The position numbers and the translations under genes were made by a program. Shown piece after piece: positions 44,346 through 58,646 of a stretch of DNA of 64,000 nucleotides. Below the pieces are notes generated by a model. The model worked only from the letters and a program-made list of their open reading frames with translations. It ran no database searches and was not told the origin of the DNA. The DNA comes from Azolla caroliniana (Eukaryota > Plantae > Polypodiophyta): assembly GCA_043228905.1 (NCBI GenBank), contig JBHGNT010000001.1, forward strand, positions 20,088,001-20,152,000, written 5' to 3'. The first letter of the stretch is position 1; each line of letters opens with the position of its first letter.

Positions 44346-47300
44346 CTAATTAGCGACCGGTCCCACTAGACCCCTATCTGGATAGTGATCCTTATCGGAC
44401 GCTGGACCGCTTGCCGGCGCTTTCGCCTTACCGGTGTCCGGTTCTGTGTCGCCCTTCACTTGTTCAGATGGGTTTCTTGGCATAGGTCCATTGTATGGTT
44501 TCAATCGGAACCCGTTGACCCATTTACCCAGAACCTCGCCGGCGAGTGTCCCTAATTGGTAGGAACTGTTGAACTCTCGCATAATCCAGTATGGTCCGTT
44601 CCACCGAAACCGTAGCTTTCCCGGCATCTTACCCATCCGGGTCTGGAACACGAGTACCGGCTTACCGATGCCAAACATCTTTTCGTTCCCTTTTCGGTGA
44701 TGATCCACGAACGCCTTCCTTCGCTGCTACTCTAGTTCTAGGTGCATGATGTTGGCTAGCCGGTGTTCTTCTAATTCGCACAATGCATTTTACTGGATAG
44801 CTTCCGATTCCTTCTCATTTAGGCGTTCCCGAATCTGTATTCGTAAACTCGGGACCTAGAACTTTACCGACATCACTTCTTCTAATCCGAATGCTAAGCG
44901 GAACGATGTTGTGCGGATACTTGTTTTATATGTCGTTCGGTAAGCCCAGAGTGCATTGTGCAGCTTTATATCCCAATCAGTCTGGTTCTCATTGACGATT
45001 TTTTGCAGGATATTCTGTAGTGTTTTATTTGTTGACTCTGTTAATCCGTTGTCTTACGGATAATAGGAAGTGCTCCGTTTGTGCACCACCGCATTAAATG
45101 TCGTCAAACTTTCCACTACTTGCTCTAAGAAGTGCCCACCTTGGTCACTTATGAGCTCTATCGGACATCCATATCGGCACCAGATGCATTCATATAAAAA
45201 AATTTCCGTGGATGTTGTGGTGTTGTCGCGTAGTGCTTTCGCTTCCACCCATTTCGTGCAGTAATCCGTAGCGACGATCATGTACCGGTTGCCGGTTCTC
45301 ATTGCCGGTGGTTTGAACTGACTGACAAAATCTAGCCCCCATTTCTGAAATGGTTCTAACGGCAGTACGGGCTGGTGATGCATTCTGGCTTGTTCAGTTG
45401 GTTGCCCCATTCGTTGACATAGGTCGCATTCTTTAGCGTACCGGACTGCATCTTTCAATGTTATTGGCCACCATAGTCCACTCTGCCATATTTTCCTTGT
45501 CGTGGCGTCTCCGGCATAATGTCCTCCAGCCACGCCGCAGTGTGCCTTGCGCAATATTACTTCCTTTTCGTCACTGCGCACTGCACGCCGCCATATGCCA
45601 TCTGCGCCTTTGTGGTACAGTGTGTCCTACAATAGACAGAAGTGCCGGCTTTGAACTGCTAAGCGTTTCCTTTCATCTCTGTTCATCTCCTCCAGAGGTA
45701 AACCGGTGCTCAAAAACTGGTGCATATTGGTGAGCCACTTGTCTTCCTCTGCGACCGAACTGTCCGTTGCCGTTTCTGTTGTGACTCTAAACAGCTCTTC
45801 ATCCGGAAAGTCGTTTGGGACTCCGTCACCGGTTTCGCCGGAATCTAGCCAGCTTAAATAGTCTGCCACCGTATGTTGTATGCCAGGTCGGTGGAATATC
45901 TCGAACTCGAATTCTTGTAGTAGTAACGTCCACCGGGCCAGCTTCCTGGTGAGTGATGCTTTGGACACCAAATAGAGGAGCGCCGAATGATCTACGTGAA
46001 AGGAAAATTTCCTTCCCAACAGATAGTGTCTAAACTTGGTGACACTGTAGATCATTCCCAAAGGCTCCCTTTCCGTCGTGGAATAATTATGTTCTGCTTG
46101 GGACAACTTCCGGCTAGCATAATAGACTGGTCGGTACCATTTCGGTTCTGTCAGTGGCATCAGTGCACTCCCGATTGCAATGTCGGACGCGTCAACAAAC
46201 ACATGGAACTTTTTGGACCAATCCCGAGGTTGCACCACTGGCGCTTGTGACAACAATACTTTTAGTGACCGGTAAGCCTGGTCTTCTGTGTCCGTCCATC
46301 GGAACGGTGTCAGATGTACTACGGCATGCAGTGGTGTAGCTAGGTCTGCCAGATACCGGAACATTCGGCTATGCCACCGTATTTGTCCTAAGAACTGGCT
46401 TAGTGCCTTTGTCGTGGCTGGTGCCGGTGCCTCCAGGATTGCTTTTACTTTGTCCGGATCCACTGCGATACCGTCCTTGCTAACAATGTGGCCCAGTAAC
46501 GCTCCGCTGGTTACTCCGAACACGCATTTTGCCGGGTTCAGGGTTAGTCAGTAAACCCTACATTTTTCTAGGCATAGTCGGAGATGCTGAAGGTGATCCC
46601 CTTTCTGGTTATAAATAGCGAAGTCATCCAAAAACACCTGCATGAATGCCGGAATGAATTCCCCAAAAATTTCCATGATGATCCGTTGGAAGGTTGCCGG
46701 TGCCGTTTTTAGTCCGAACATCATCACTACGGCAACAAAGACTCCCCATTCGGTGACAAAAGCGGTTCTCTCCTGGTCGGCGGGGTGCATCCGGATCTGA
46801 TTATTGCCGCTGAAACCATCCAGAAAACTGTACACCTTATGACCGACGACCGCATTCAGGACTCCATCCGTGAATGGAAGTGGAAAGGCGTCCGTTACCG
46901 TAGCCGCATTCAATTTCCGGTAGTCGACGCACACTCTAATCTTACCGTTCTTTTTGGGTACTACCACTATCGGGCTGAGCCTTGTGGCTTTCTTTACCAG
47001 TCGGATCAAGCCCACTCTCAGCAACTTGTTGATTTCTTCTTTGACCTTTGCTACGTAATTCGGGTTCATCCGGTAACGTCGTTGCGCTACCAGTTTGGCG
47101 TCTTTGCTTAGATCTATCTGGTGTTGATATAACTGAGGATCGAGTCCCGGCATGTCTTCGTAGGACTAGGCGAATACATCGTGAAATTCTTTTAGGAGTG
47201 TGATCATTGTCGTTTTGTTCTCCGAAGTCATTTCCTTGGCGATGTGCACCGGTCTTGTGTCCTCTATGGTACCTAGGTTTACCTCTTCTAGTTGGGATGC

Positions 47301-50032
47301 TTTCATGCGCTGTGATACTGCCATTTCTTTTTCCAGTGCCTCCTGTGCTTGCCGTAATTCCTGGATTGCCTCTTTATCCGGTTCCTCTTCGGTCCCATCC
47401 GGTTGCAGTACGTACGGTGATACTGCTTCGGCAACATCAATCTCGAACAGAGGTACGATCTTCGGATTTTCCTGTAAGTATTGATCGACCTCTTCGTCCG
47501 CCAATCCTTCCAGCATGTTAACACATTCCGCATATAGCGGCGTTGATTCCTTGCTGGTACCGGATCATGGTTGAGTCGGTATTCGTACTTTCGCTTTTCC
47601 TCGCCGGAACGTAATTATGTTCTTCCTCCAGTTTTGCTTTATGTGTGCCGTTTTTAACCAGGGCCGTCCCAACAATAGTGGGTAAGCTCCCTGAGCTTGT
47701 AGCTGGAGAACTACTGTAGAAATGCGAAATGTCTGACCCTCGATGGTCACTTCCAGATCGCGTATTAATCCGGTCGGCCGTACTAAGCTAGTGTCCGCCA
47801 TCCGAAGCCAAAACGGACACGGTTCCCAGTCCTGGATTCCTAGTGTGTTACATGTTCGGAGGCTGATCACGTTCACACCGGATCCTCCATCGATATTCAT
47901 GCTAGGTAGCTCTTTTCCCTTCACGATGGCTGTGATTGCTGGACTGCTTGTGTCTACCACTACCGGTCCTTCCTCCGGATTTGAAAAGAATGCCGGAATT
48001 GGTGGTATGTCTGTTGCCGTTCTTCCGGTTTTCAGTTCTTCCGTGAACCGTGGTACCAGTTGCATTAACTGACCTAACGGTAGCGTTATTTGGCATTCTT
48101 GTAACGCCTGTCAGGTTGGGTTTTCGGGTTGCCCCAGGCCAGTGAGCTTTTCGGCATTCTCCTTTTCTTGTTTGAGCTCAGCCGCATTCCGTTCACTTGC
48201 CTTCTTCACCCATTCGGTTGCTTGCTTCCGGATGGCTTCTTGAGTTTCCCATTCCGTGGCTTTGCCTTTTGATCTTGTAGTGACCTGTTGTATGTTCGTG
48301 ACTTCCGCGTCTACCATGTTAACCGCCGGTCGTTTGTCGTAGCTCTTCGCCAGACGTTGATTACTATAGTGACCCTCTTGCCGGCAATAATAGGAGTACG
48401 ACTTTTGGGCGTTGCTAGATTCAGCGTGTGTGCTTGGTGGTGGACCAGGGGCAAGTGCTTGGTTTTGGTCGGGTTAGCTGCTTGAAGCGCCGTTTTCCGG
48501 TTCTCGTGGATGACCCCCCTTTTTGTTGAAATGACGTTTCTTATTGAAAGTCTTTTTGGTGTGGTATCCTTGCCGGGGCTGGTCGTCATCCTTGCCATAG
48601 TCGTCCCGTCGGTGATTGTAACCAAGGGAGTGATCCCGGTTATATCTTTCATACCGTCCATCATAGTCCCAGTATCTATCCTGTCTATCATACCGGTCAT
48701 ACGCGTCTCTTCGGTCGCTATACCGGACATCTTGTGCCAGCCGATAGCGCTCTTCTTGCCGCCAACGTTCTTCTTCTTCCTCCCGGTTGCTCCGTGGTTC
48801 AATTTGCTGGACCGGTGGTGCTTGTCGATTTAACAAGTTATACTCACACCGTTCCATTGTGTGACTTCTGGAGTGGCAGAACAAGCATTGGGAACGCATG
48901 GTGCATTCCAACGCTGAATGTCCGGCATTCAGGCATACCATACATTGAACTGTTGGTCGGAAACGGAGGTCCTCTTCCATCGATAGCGTACGCTGCAGTG
49001 CGCCCATAGTTAGCCATGAACTCGAGTTTTCCATTTCCCGAACTTGGTCAAACACTTGATCTATACTGTTGGTGCGGAAATCGATGACGGTGCACACCGT
49101 CCGTAAGGGTTCCCGGAGTGCTGCTAAGAATATGGCCTTTGTTTCTTCCTCCGGTGGTGTCCGGCTGAGCTGACTGTGTGTATCCACTGGAACTGGATGA
49201 CAAACTGTTGGATGTTCTCCGTTGGTTCCTACCGGATACTGTAAAATAACGCGACCATTTCCTACTGGTCCATCTCCTTGTGGAAGAAATGCAAGAATTT
49301 TGTCTTTAATGTTTCAAACGTGGGGATGGTGTTGGGATCCTGTGTTCGGTGCCATCTGGCGGCCGGTCCCTCCAAGGTCATGCCGAACTCTGCCCATTTT
49401 GAGCGTTCCTCTTCGGTTGCATTTAAGCGTTGGGACACATGGTTCGCTTCCCAGGTCTGCTGAAACGCATGGACGTGGGCTTCCGCGTCCGGATCATCCC
49501 GGTATCTGGGATATTGGAACGGCATATCGTCATCTTCTGTCGGTACACGAGCTGGTGGTGTCGGTGGTCGTTCCTCCTCTGGTGGCGTCGGAGGTTTTCC
49601 TTGCTCTTCTGTCGCCGTCGGAGGTCTTTCCTGCTCCTCTTGTGGTGCTGAAACGCATGGACGTGGGCTCCCGCGTCCGGATCATCCCGGTATCTGGGAT
49701 ATTGGAACGGCATATCGTCATCTGCTGTCGGTACACGAGCTGGTGGTGTCGGTGGTCGTTCCTCCTCTGGTGGTGTCGTAGGTTTTCCCTGGTCTTCTGT
49801 CGCCGTCGGAGGTCTTTCCTGCTCCTCTTGTGGTGTTGGAGGCTTCTCCTCCTCGACTTCCTGTGTCGGAGGTCTCTCGTCATCGACTACTGGTTCTAGA
49901 GTGTGGTCGACTTTTGGTACTGGAGTTTCCAGCCTTGTCGATTCAGGTTCTGGTGTCGGCAAAGTATCTGACTCCTCGTCCTTTGGTCCGCCTGGGGTGT
50001 CTTTACTGCTGCGGTAGTTCGTCTGCGCACTG
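44346..50032 (-). pseudogene. gag-pol of D (disrupted)
   Basis: IDGGSGVNVI, VCVDYRKLN, FLDDFAIY, FVDASDIAIG, KWGLDF and WNGPY. Confidence 0.92.
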
Positions 50033-51410
50033 AAGGTGCTCGACGATCGGCTTCTACATGAACTGGCTGATCACCCCGACTGGATAACTCATGTCGGGTC
50101 GAGTGATCGTCAAGTATATAAGGCTTTCGACACATTGTCAGAACTGTTTCTCATCGCAGGCCGGTTTGGAGCCGCGACGTAGCTTTAGGTTCCGATCTAG
50201 GGGTGTGGAGATTGGTCGACATATTCAACACATAATGGCGTTGTGAGAGAATTATGCCGTCGGGAGTTCGGATCACCTCGATCCCAAGAAAATAATGAAG
50301 GTCCCCCAGGTGCTTTATTTCAAATGCGTCCAACAACTGGGACCTCACACAACTGATTTCATCAAGTCCGGGTCTGGTGATGACTAAATTATCTACATAA
50401 AGCAAGATGCAAACCGGACCATCCGAACCATTCTGGATGAACAATGAAGAGTTGGACTTTGAGGCCGCAAACCCCATCTTATGCAACCGATGCGTGATCT
50501 TCGCATTCCAAGCTCAAGGGGGTTGTTTCAGACCGAAAAGTGACTTCTTGAGTCGACATACTGTCCACTTGTTCATCTCTGATTGGAATCCGAGGGCTTG
50601 GATCATATAGACCCGTTCTTCAAGGTCACCTTGAAGAAACACATTTTTCACGTCCATTTGATGAAGATGCCATCCCTTTGCCATAGCAATAGCTAGTGCC
50701 ACTCAAATCATCGTCATCTTCGCTACCGGAGCGAAGGTCTCATCGTAGTCGATTCCGTGGGTCTGCGCGTATCCCTTTGCCACTAACCGGGCCTTGTACC
50801 GGTTGACCAAACCATTGGCATTGTACTTTACCTTGTACACCCATTTGCAACCGATCGGTTTATAGTGTCGGGGAGGGTGAACCAGGCCCCATATGTGGCA
50901 TTGAGTGCCCGCTTTTCTTTTTACATAGCGGCACACCAATTTGCGTCCTTTTCCACTTCTGCGTAGCTCTCTGGCTCACACACTTCTGCCACCTTAGTCA
51001 TGTAAGCATAGTGATGTGCCATGTACTCATTGTACCAGATCTCTTTATGGGATTCTTCTGCCAAGATGACTAGTGTAACTTGTTGTGACCCGGTTTGGGG
51101 CCCTTCTTGGCCAGTTCGGACTTCATTTCAGAAGGTCTGCCTTCTTCCTTTCTGGAGTTGTATTCACTCTGATCCAATCGGTGCTAGTTTCGTATTCTGA
51201 CATCTTCTTCTTCCCCTTCTCCTTGCGCGTGAACCGTCTTCTCGGTTCCTTGCGCGGGGAGAGCACAACAAAGTCTCCACTATTCGTCAGTTCCTCATCA
51301 GACTAGTCATTCCGACCCAGTCACTCATTCGGCCGACTTAGCCAGAATTAGATTGGACTCTCATCTAGAGTACCAAATCCTTCATCTTCTTCTTGAACCT
51401 CTCTGGGTTC
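50033..51410 (-). pseudogene. Decayed copia RT fragment (A/H-related) fused to D without an LTR
   Basis: [11 protein letters not shown]...[27 protein letters not shown] and HYFLGIEV. Confidence 0.85.
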
Positions 51411-51573
51411 ATCGATATAATATAAAAAGTAGCTTTGATCCTCTCATATGACAGTAAGTTATCTTAATGGTTGAGAGTTTTTACAATAATCGATGTAATA
51501 CAAAAAATAGCTTTTATCCTCTCATTTGACAATAAGCTATCTTAATGGTCGAGAGTTTTTACAATAATCGATA
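51411..51573. repeat. 78-bp AT-rich tandem repeat, two units plus a fragment
   Basis: Units beginning ATCGAT start at 51411, 51489 and 51567. Confidence 0.88.
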
Positions 51574-54500
51574 TGTTGAGAGACAAGCTCAACATCGGCC
51601 GGATCGGCTGAGCAAGCCGATGACTAGATCAGTTGGGACCGATTGGTTAGGCCAGACCGGTGCGTAAAACGGATGCGTAAACCGGTACGCAAACCAGTGC
51701 ATAGGAAGGCTGTATCGGTGCGTAAACCAAAAGGTCGTTAGAAAGATGTTCCTCGTAAGGAATAGTTTGGGAGTAAGAGTCGAGGCTCATTTATGAGCAA
51801 TCAAGTACTGTCAGTACTTGTGTCAGCCCGATTGTCAGGGCTTGTATAAAAGTGCTCACTGAGCACATCCTATGTACAGATTGAGTATTATCTTTTGAAT
51901 TAAGTTCTGTGTTTACTTTCTCTCTCTATCTCTCCCCGTGCATACTGTGCAAACCTAAGCTTTCCATTAACCTTGCTTTTTCTGTTGTTCAGTTTTCTAT
52001 ATTGCTTCTGCACGCAATTCTTTTCATGGTATCAGAGCGCGAGGGTTGAGAACCACTGCAGCCGACTTTACTTGAAGGGAAAACCAACGAAGAAGAACAA
52101 CAAAACTGATGGATAGAGGCATGGCTAGCTCGCTTCCGATGGAGAAGCTCGACAGAAACAACTATGCGTCTTGGTCTTACAAGATGCACCAGTAACTGCT
52201 TGGACACGGTTATTGGAACTATGTCGATGGAGCAAATGACACAGCACCCGATTCGACACACAAAGACTTCCAGGCGTGGGAACAATTGGCGAGCAAAGTG
52301 TTGTACTGTTTCACGTCTTGTGTGGGCGAACAGTTGCTAAGTTACGTTCGGGATGCAAAAACGCCGAAGGGTGCGTGGGAAAATCTGAAGAAGATCTTCG
52401 CCGCAAGCACCACAGCCAGCAAGCTTCAGCTCCGACAAGAGTTAAGCAACCTATGACAACGCGATTTGTCGGTGGCTGACTATACCTCGAGGATTAAGGA
52501 CATATGCGACTCCTTAGCTTCCATCGATGTGAACATTGAGGAAAGCGAGATGGTCCAGGTCTGTCTCTGGGGTTTGGCGTCGAAGTTCGGGGCGTTCCGA
52601 ATTGCTGTGTGTACCCAGTAGAATACGTCGTCCTTTTTCGACTTACAGACAATGCTCCTGGTAGAGGAGAACCACACGGGTGCATCAACGAGCACCCACA
52701 CCGATAACAAGATGTTGTACATGGAGGGAGATAGGCCCCGTGGTCGTGGCTGACGAGGCGAGTCGATACACAATGGAGGTCGCCGACGAGATCAAGGAAG
52801 AAGGCATCAAAGTGATGTCGACAGCAATTCCGGACCCTCCGGAAACAGGGGGAGTCGAGGCAACGAGAACTGGCAAGGAAAATCTGCCACAGAATGCTAG
52901 TACTGTGGCAAGAAAGGCCACAAGGAGAGTGAGTGCTGGAAAAAACGCGCTGATTCAGAGACAACCGGGTCCGGAACAGGTTCCGGACAAACCGACAAAG
53001 GAAATCAGCAACGATCGCACTATGGTGAACGATCCGGAGAAGCCGGAAAAGGGTCCGTCTTCGTGACGAGACACGAAGCAAACTCGATGAAGAAGATCAC
53101 CCCGATATCGGACGAGGTGTGGTGCGTCAAACCACATGACGTGCCAGAAGGAGTGGTTCTCATATCTTGAGAAACCGACGCAACCAGGAGTAATCGCAAC
53201 CGAAGACAACACTCCACATCCGATCGCGAATGTCGGTGAGGTTCCCTTGAGCCATGTTAGGGAGAAAGGGAAACTTATTGTAAAGAATCAAGAGATGGAT
53301 TCTTGTGAAGCGAAAGAGATGTGAGTTATGTGTGTGTGTAAGAGAGAGAGAGAGAAACACAAAGAATACGCAAGGTAAAAGTATATTGACAAAGGAGAAA
53401 GACTCAACATTTTACAAGGTGGGAGGAAGGTGCTTTATGTAGTCACCCTCTCTCTTCATTAACTACAAGACTCATGGAGCATGGGGAATGTGAAAGCTCA
53501 TAAGTTATGTGTCATAGAATATGATTCTATGACTCATACTCAATGCTAGAATACAAAGTGGTGACATAATGGTGACTCTTGACCGTTGGAGTGTCTCTTC
53601 ACTCTCAAGGTGAGTTCACACACTAGACCAAGTTGAGCTTGATTCTCAACATGCCCCCTCAAGCTCAAGTCAAGTCGGTTTCAGACGGTATCCGAAATCC
53701 GCTTCAACTCGCGTCGGCGTTCCGGAGTCTGCATCGACTCACATTTATGTGGAGTTGCGGAATCCGTGCTCCAGCTTGCGTTGTGCATAGTTGCGAAGTC
53801 TGTGCTTCAGCTTGCGTCTTTCTTCGCGGCTTCGTTGCGCGGTTGCGGAATCTACACGTTATTGAGAGATTGTGATCGAGCGGGGTTGCTGCGGATTTGC
53901 ACTCAACCATCCCGAACTTGTATAACAAGTTGAGGATGTAGTGCTGTTGAGAGATCATGATTCCGGCCGGAGTCCGAATTACCTCGATGCCGAGGAAGTA
54001 GTGGAGCTCCTTCATGTCCGTCATCTCGAACTTGTCGGAAAGGAGGGATTTGACTTTATTGATTTCGATGATCTGCTTACCTCCAATGACTAGGTCATCC
54101 ACATATAAAATGATGACGATCCGACTTGCGGAATCGCTTCGTATGTAGAGGGAGTTGTCTGATTTTGACATACGGAAGCCGATTTGATGAAGATATTGCG
54201 TTATCTTCGAATGCCAAGCACGCGGTGCTTGCTTGAGGCCGTAGAGTGGCTTCTTGAGTCGGCAAACCGCTTTCGGATTGGTGCTCAAGTTGAAGCCAGG
54301 TGGTTGGATCATGTACACCTCCTCTTCTAATTCACCTTGTAGAAAGGCGTTCTTGACGTCCATTTGATGGAGGTGCCACCCTTTCGCCGCGTCAATCGCA
54401 ATTACGGTCTGCACCGTCGTCATATTTGCCACCAGGGCAAAGGTCTCTTCGTAGTCGATGCCATGCGTCTGAGCGTATCCTTTCGCTACGAGTTGAGTTT

Positions 54501-57500
54501 TGTAGCGGTTTACGGAGCCATCGGGGTTATACTTCACCTTGTAGATCCATCTGCATCAGATCACCTTTTTGTGTGGTGAGGTGGGAACAAGATCCCACAT
54601 CTCGTTCTTCCATAGTGCTTGCATCTCCTCGTTCATTGCTTCGATCCATAGCGGGTCCTTCACGACTTCCGAAAAGGTTTCCGGCTCCCGTACTGTCGCT
54701 ACCTTCATCATAAAGGCGTAATGGTACGCCATATAGTCATTGTAGCCGAACCGGCTTACGGGGTTCTTTTCACGAATGGATCGACGGAGCTTTTCATTTG
54801 CAAAGATGAGGGCTTTCTTAGCTCCGATTGGTACATCGAAGCCGCCGAAATCACTATCGAGTGAGTGAGTCGATTCATCGTCGTGGAAGCGATCGTCTTC
54901 ATATTCCGCCATTTTTGCCTTGCCTTTGTCCATCTTCGGGCTAGGCCATGATGTGCTTTGATCACTCAACAGCTCTTGTGGTCCGCTCAGTCGGGTCGTG
55001 ATTGGACTTTCTTCAATCATGCGCGTAGGGCGATCTTCATCCTCGATCTCTTGGTCGGCAGATTCCAGGTCGACCGGAGTCGGAGTCAGAGTTGTCTCTG
55101 GTGCGTACCAGGATGCACACTCGTCAAAAATGATGTCTCGACTTACTCAAGATTTTCGAGTTGAAGGGTTGTAGCACTTGTACCCCTTTTGCTCCAATGA
55201 GTATCCTACGAGGATACATTTCTCCAACTTCGGCTCAAGCTTTTGACGCTTCTCGTCGGGGATGTGCACGTACGCTATCGCTCCGAATATGCGGATGTGC
55301 GATAAGTCCGGCTTTTTTCCGAAGTATTTATCATGCGGAGTGACCTCGTGCACGCCGGATGTTGTGCACCGGTTCATTAGGTAGACGGCCGTATTTGCAG
55401 CTTCGGCCCAATATGACTTGGGCATATGCTTCTCGTTCATCATGGCCCCTGCTACTTCGAGGATGTGCCGATTTTTGCACTCGGCTACTCCATTTTGTTG
55501 CGGAGTGTGTCGGCAAGTGAATTCTTGCCGAATTCCTTCCTTTCGGAGATACGCCTGAAATCATCCGAGAAGTACTCCTTTCTGCCATCCGATCGAAGGC
55601 ATTGTACATGTCGGCCCGTGGCTTTCTCGACTTCATTCTTGAACTTTTGGAAGTGTCTGAACACTTCGCTCTTTTGCCGCATCGGATAGATCCAAGTGTG
55701 CCTAGAACAATCGTCGATGAAGAGTACGTAATATCGGCATCCGCCGAATGTCGCCGTTTGGGCCGGATCCCATACATCGGAATGAATTACGTCGAGTACG
55801 CCTTTGCTCACATTCCGCTCCTTCGGGAATGGGTGTCTGTGTTGCTTGCCGAATTGGCACGCTTCGCATACACCTTCAATCTCCTTCTCTTTGAATGTCG
55901 GGAGTCCGATAATGACTCCCTTTAATTTCATTGCTTTGAGTTTGTTGAGATTGATGTGGCCGATTCTCTTATGCCATAGCTCTATGTCGGAGTCGGCTTT
56001 CGTGCTTTTCGCGAACATGGTCGATTTCATCTCGTGCGAATCGAGAATGAACATCCAGCCCTCTCTTCTTCTGCGTGCGATGATTCGGCCTTCTTTTTCG
56101 ATGAAGCACCCTTCTTGGTCGAATTGTACTTGCATCCCTTGCTCAACCATTTGGCCAACCGAGACCAAATTCTTTGTGATGGTGGGAACATGCAAGACAT
56201 TTTTAATGTATGTTTGCTTACCTCTTTCGCCGAATGGAACATTGCCGATGTGCCGAATCGGGTGCGTAGTGTCATCTCCGGTTTCGACATAACCGGGTCG
56301 CTCCGGCTCTCGAAGTTCGAGAAACCATTCTTTGTGAGATGTCATATAGTTTGAGGCTCCGGATTCAACAAACCATACGTCCTTCTGATTGAGGGCACTA
56401 GTTGAGGTAGAGGCCGACATAGAGTTTGCTCTATGTTTCATCATGAACCTTCCGCCATGGTCGGAGTTGTATGCGTACATTCCGCCACAATCCTCGTAGT
56501 CGGAGTTGTGCCCGTACATTCTGCTATACTCTTCGTAGTCGGAATTGTGCGCATAATTCGTGAGTTGTCGGCTTGTGGAAGCCGATTCACACATCGCACT
56601 CCTCTTCGTGGTGGCCGAGCTTTCCGCAATATCCGCATTCGGTTCCGTTTTGACGGCTCGGGCCGGAGTGGAAGCTCCCCCTTCTTGCAAAGGTTCCTCG
56701 TTGGCCTCCATTTATCGGCCGAAATTGGGAGTTGTTGTCGTAGGTTGGACCTCGTCCACCTTGTCCTTGGCCGAATCGGCCTCTCGCTCGTCCGCGTCCT
56801 CTTCCTCCATTAGAGTGCGTGTAGAGCATGTGGCCTTCCGACTCATTGCTCCTTGTACGCACGTAGTTTTCTTCGACCAATAGCATTGATTGGAGCTCGA
56901 AGAAGGAGGGAGATTTCTCTCGTGTTAGAACGGCGGTTCGCATCGCGCCGAACGGTGGTGCGAGGCCGCCGAGGCATATTTGAACCATTTTATCATCATC
57001 TATACTTACGCTTATTGAGCCAAGCGAGTCACAAAGCTCCTTGATCTTCAAGGTGTATGTCGTGATGGACATGTCCCTTTGTTGAATGTTGTTCAACTCT
57101 TGGCGGAGTTGAAGCTTCCTCGCGATCGTGTTGGTGGCGAAAATCTTTCATAGATTTTCCCACGCTTCCTTCGGCGTCTTGGCTTCTCGAATGTAACCGA
57201 ACATGTGATCGTGAACACATGTCACCAAACAATACATCACACGGCTTGCGGTTTGCTCCCATGTCCCGTATCCGGGATCCGCTTCGGCGGGTCTGTCTTC
57301 ATGCGCTCCCTTGATGTAGCTACAATAGCCTTGTCCGACAAGGTATTGGTGCATCTTGTACTCCCAAGATGCGAAGTTGTTTCGATCCAACTTCTCGGTA
57401 GGGAGAGCGCTCCCCATTTGAGTATTCATTATGTCGATTCTTCATCTCTCTTCGAATGCAAGCTATGTAGCGACGCTACAATAGGTAGGATCCGGTTCTT

Positions 57501-57637
57501 GGTCGTCGGCGTAGATCACAACACACGATCACGATGAGGCGAATGGGCTAGATCGAGCTACCAAATCGCTCTGATACCATGTAAAGAATCAAGAGATGGA
57601 TTCTTGTGAAGCGGAAGAGATGTGAGTTATGTGTGTG

Positions 57638-57689
<52 letters not shown>

Positions 57690-58646
57690 CGCAAGGTAAA
57701 AGTATATTGACAAAGGAGAAAGACTCAACATTTTACAAGGTGGGAGGAAGGTGCTTTATGTAGTCACCCTCTCTCTTCATTAACTACAAGACTCATGGAG
57801 CATGGGGAATGTGAAAGCTCATAAGTTATGTGTCATAGAATATGATTCTATGACTCATACTCAATGCTAGAATACAAAGTGGTGACATAATGGTGACTCT
57901 TGACCGTTGGAGTGTCTCTTCACTCACATGATGAGTTCACACACTAGACCAAGTTGAGCTTGATTCTCAACACTTATGAACGTGTTACACGTCCCGACCA
58001 TCACGAAGAATCTGGTGTCGGTTGGGCAGATCGTCGACCAGGGGATGCAGGTTCGGTTTACACATCTAGGGTGCTTCATTGAGGAAGAAGGCCGTATTAT
58101 TGCATAAGGGCGCAGAGATGGGAGGATGTTCATCCTCGACTCTACTGACGGTGGCACCGCAATGTTCGCGAAGGGACAAAATGTTGAGTCGGACATCGAC
58201 CTATGGCACAAGCAGATAGGCCACGTCAACTACCAACGGCTTCAAGACCTGCCATCGAAACAAGTGGTGTTCAGATTGCCCAAATTTAGTGACCGGAAGG
58301 CACAAATTTGTGAAGGTTGGTAGCTTGGGAAGCAACACCAATTTCCCTTCCACGACGAGCGTAACCGGAGCTGGAACAAGCTCGACTTGATACACTCCGA
58401 TGTGTGGGGGCCAACACAAAACGTTAGTCTTGGCGGGAGCCGATATTTCGTCTCCTTTATCGACGACTACATGCGGCACACATGGATCTACCTCATCGAG
58501 AGGAAGAGCGAAGTTTTCGATTGTTTCCGGGACCTAAAAGGGTTCGTGGAAACGGAAATAGGAAGAAAGATCAAGTGCCTGCATTCGGATGGCGGAAAAG
58601 AATACTTTTCCGGTCAATTCAAGGGTTATCTACAACATATGGGAAT
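51574..58646 (+). mobile_element. Copia H: 5' LTR 51574-52026, PBS and decayed gag-PR-IN; split by A2 and interrupted by D2
   Basis: TGTTGAGA...CA is followed immediately by TGGTATCAGAGC (52027-52038). Gag EKLDRNNYASWSYKM contains stops. LWHKQIGH and HSDVWGP follow after 57978. Confidence 0.9.
53279..57972 (-). mobile_element. Copia A2 with both LTRs and an internal deletion of the RT end and RNase H
   Basis: LTRs at 53279-53651 and 57580-57972, perfect TSD CTTAT, PBS at 57579-57568, PPT GAGGGGG adjacent to the 3' LTR, and RT LYVDDL. Confidence 0.96.

Larger units (their letters stand above)
28138..50032 (-). mobile_element. Ty3/gypsy non-chromovirus (Phygy-like) element D: 3' LTR 28138-28585, extra ORF, pol and gag; 5' end lost; hosts T3 and E
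   Basis: The 448-bp LTR is the reverse complement of 58647-59095. The extra ORF continues on both sides of T3. gag 48290-50032 is near-identical to the gag of D2. Confidence 0.82.
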
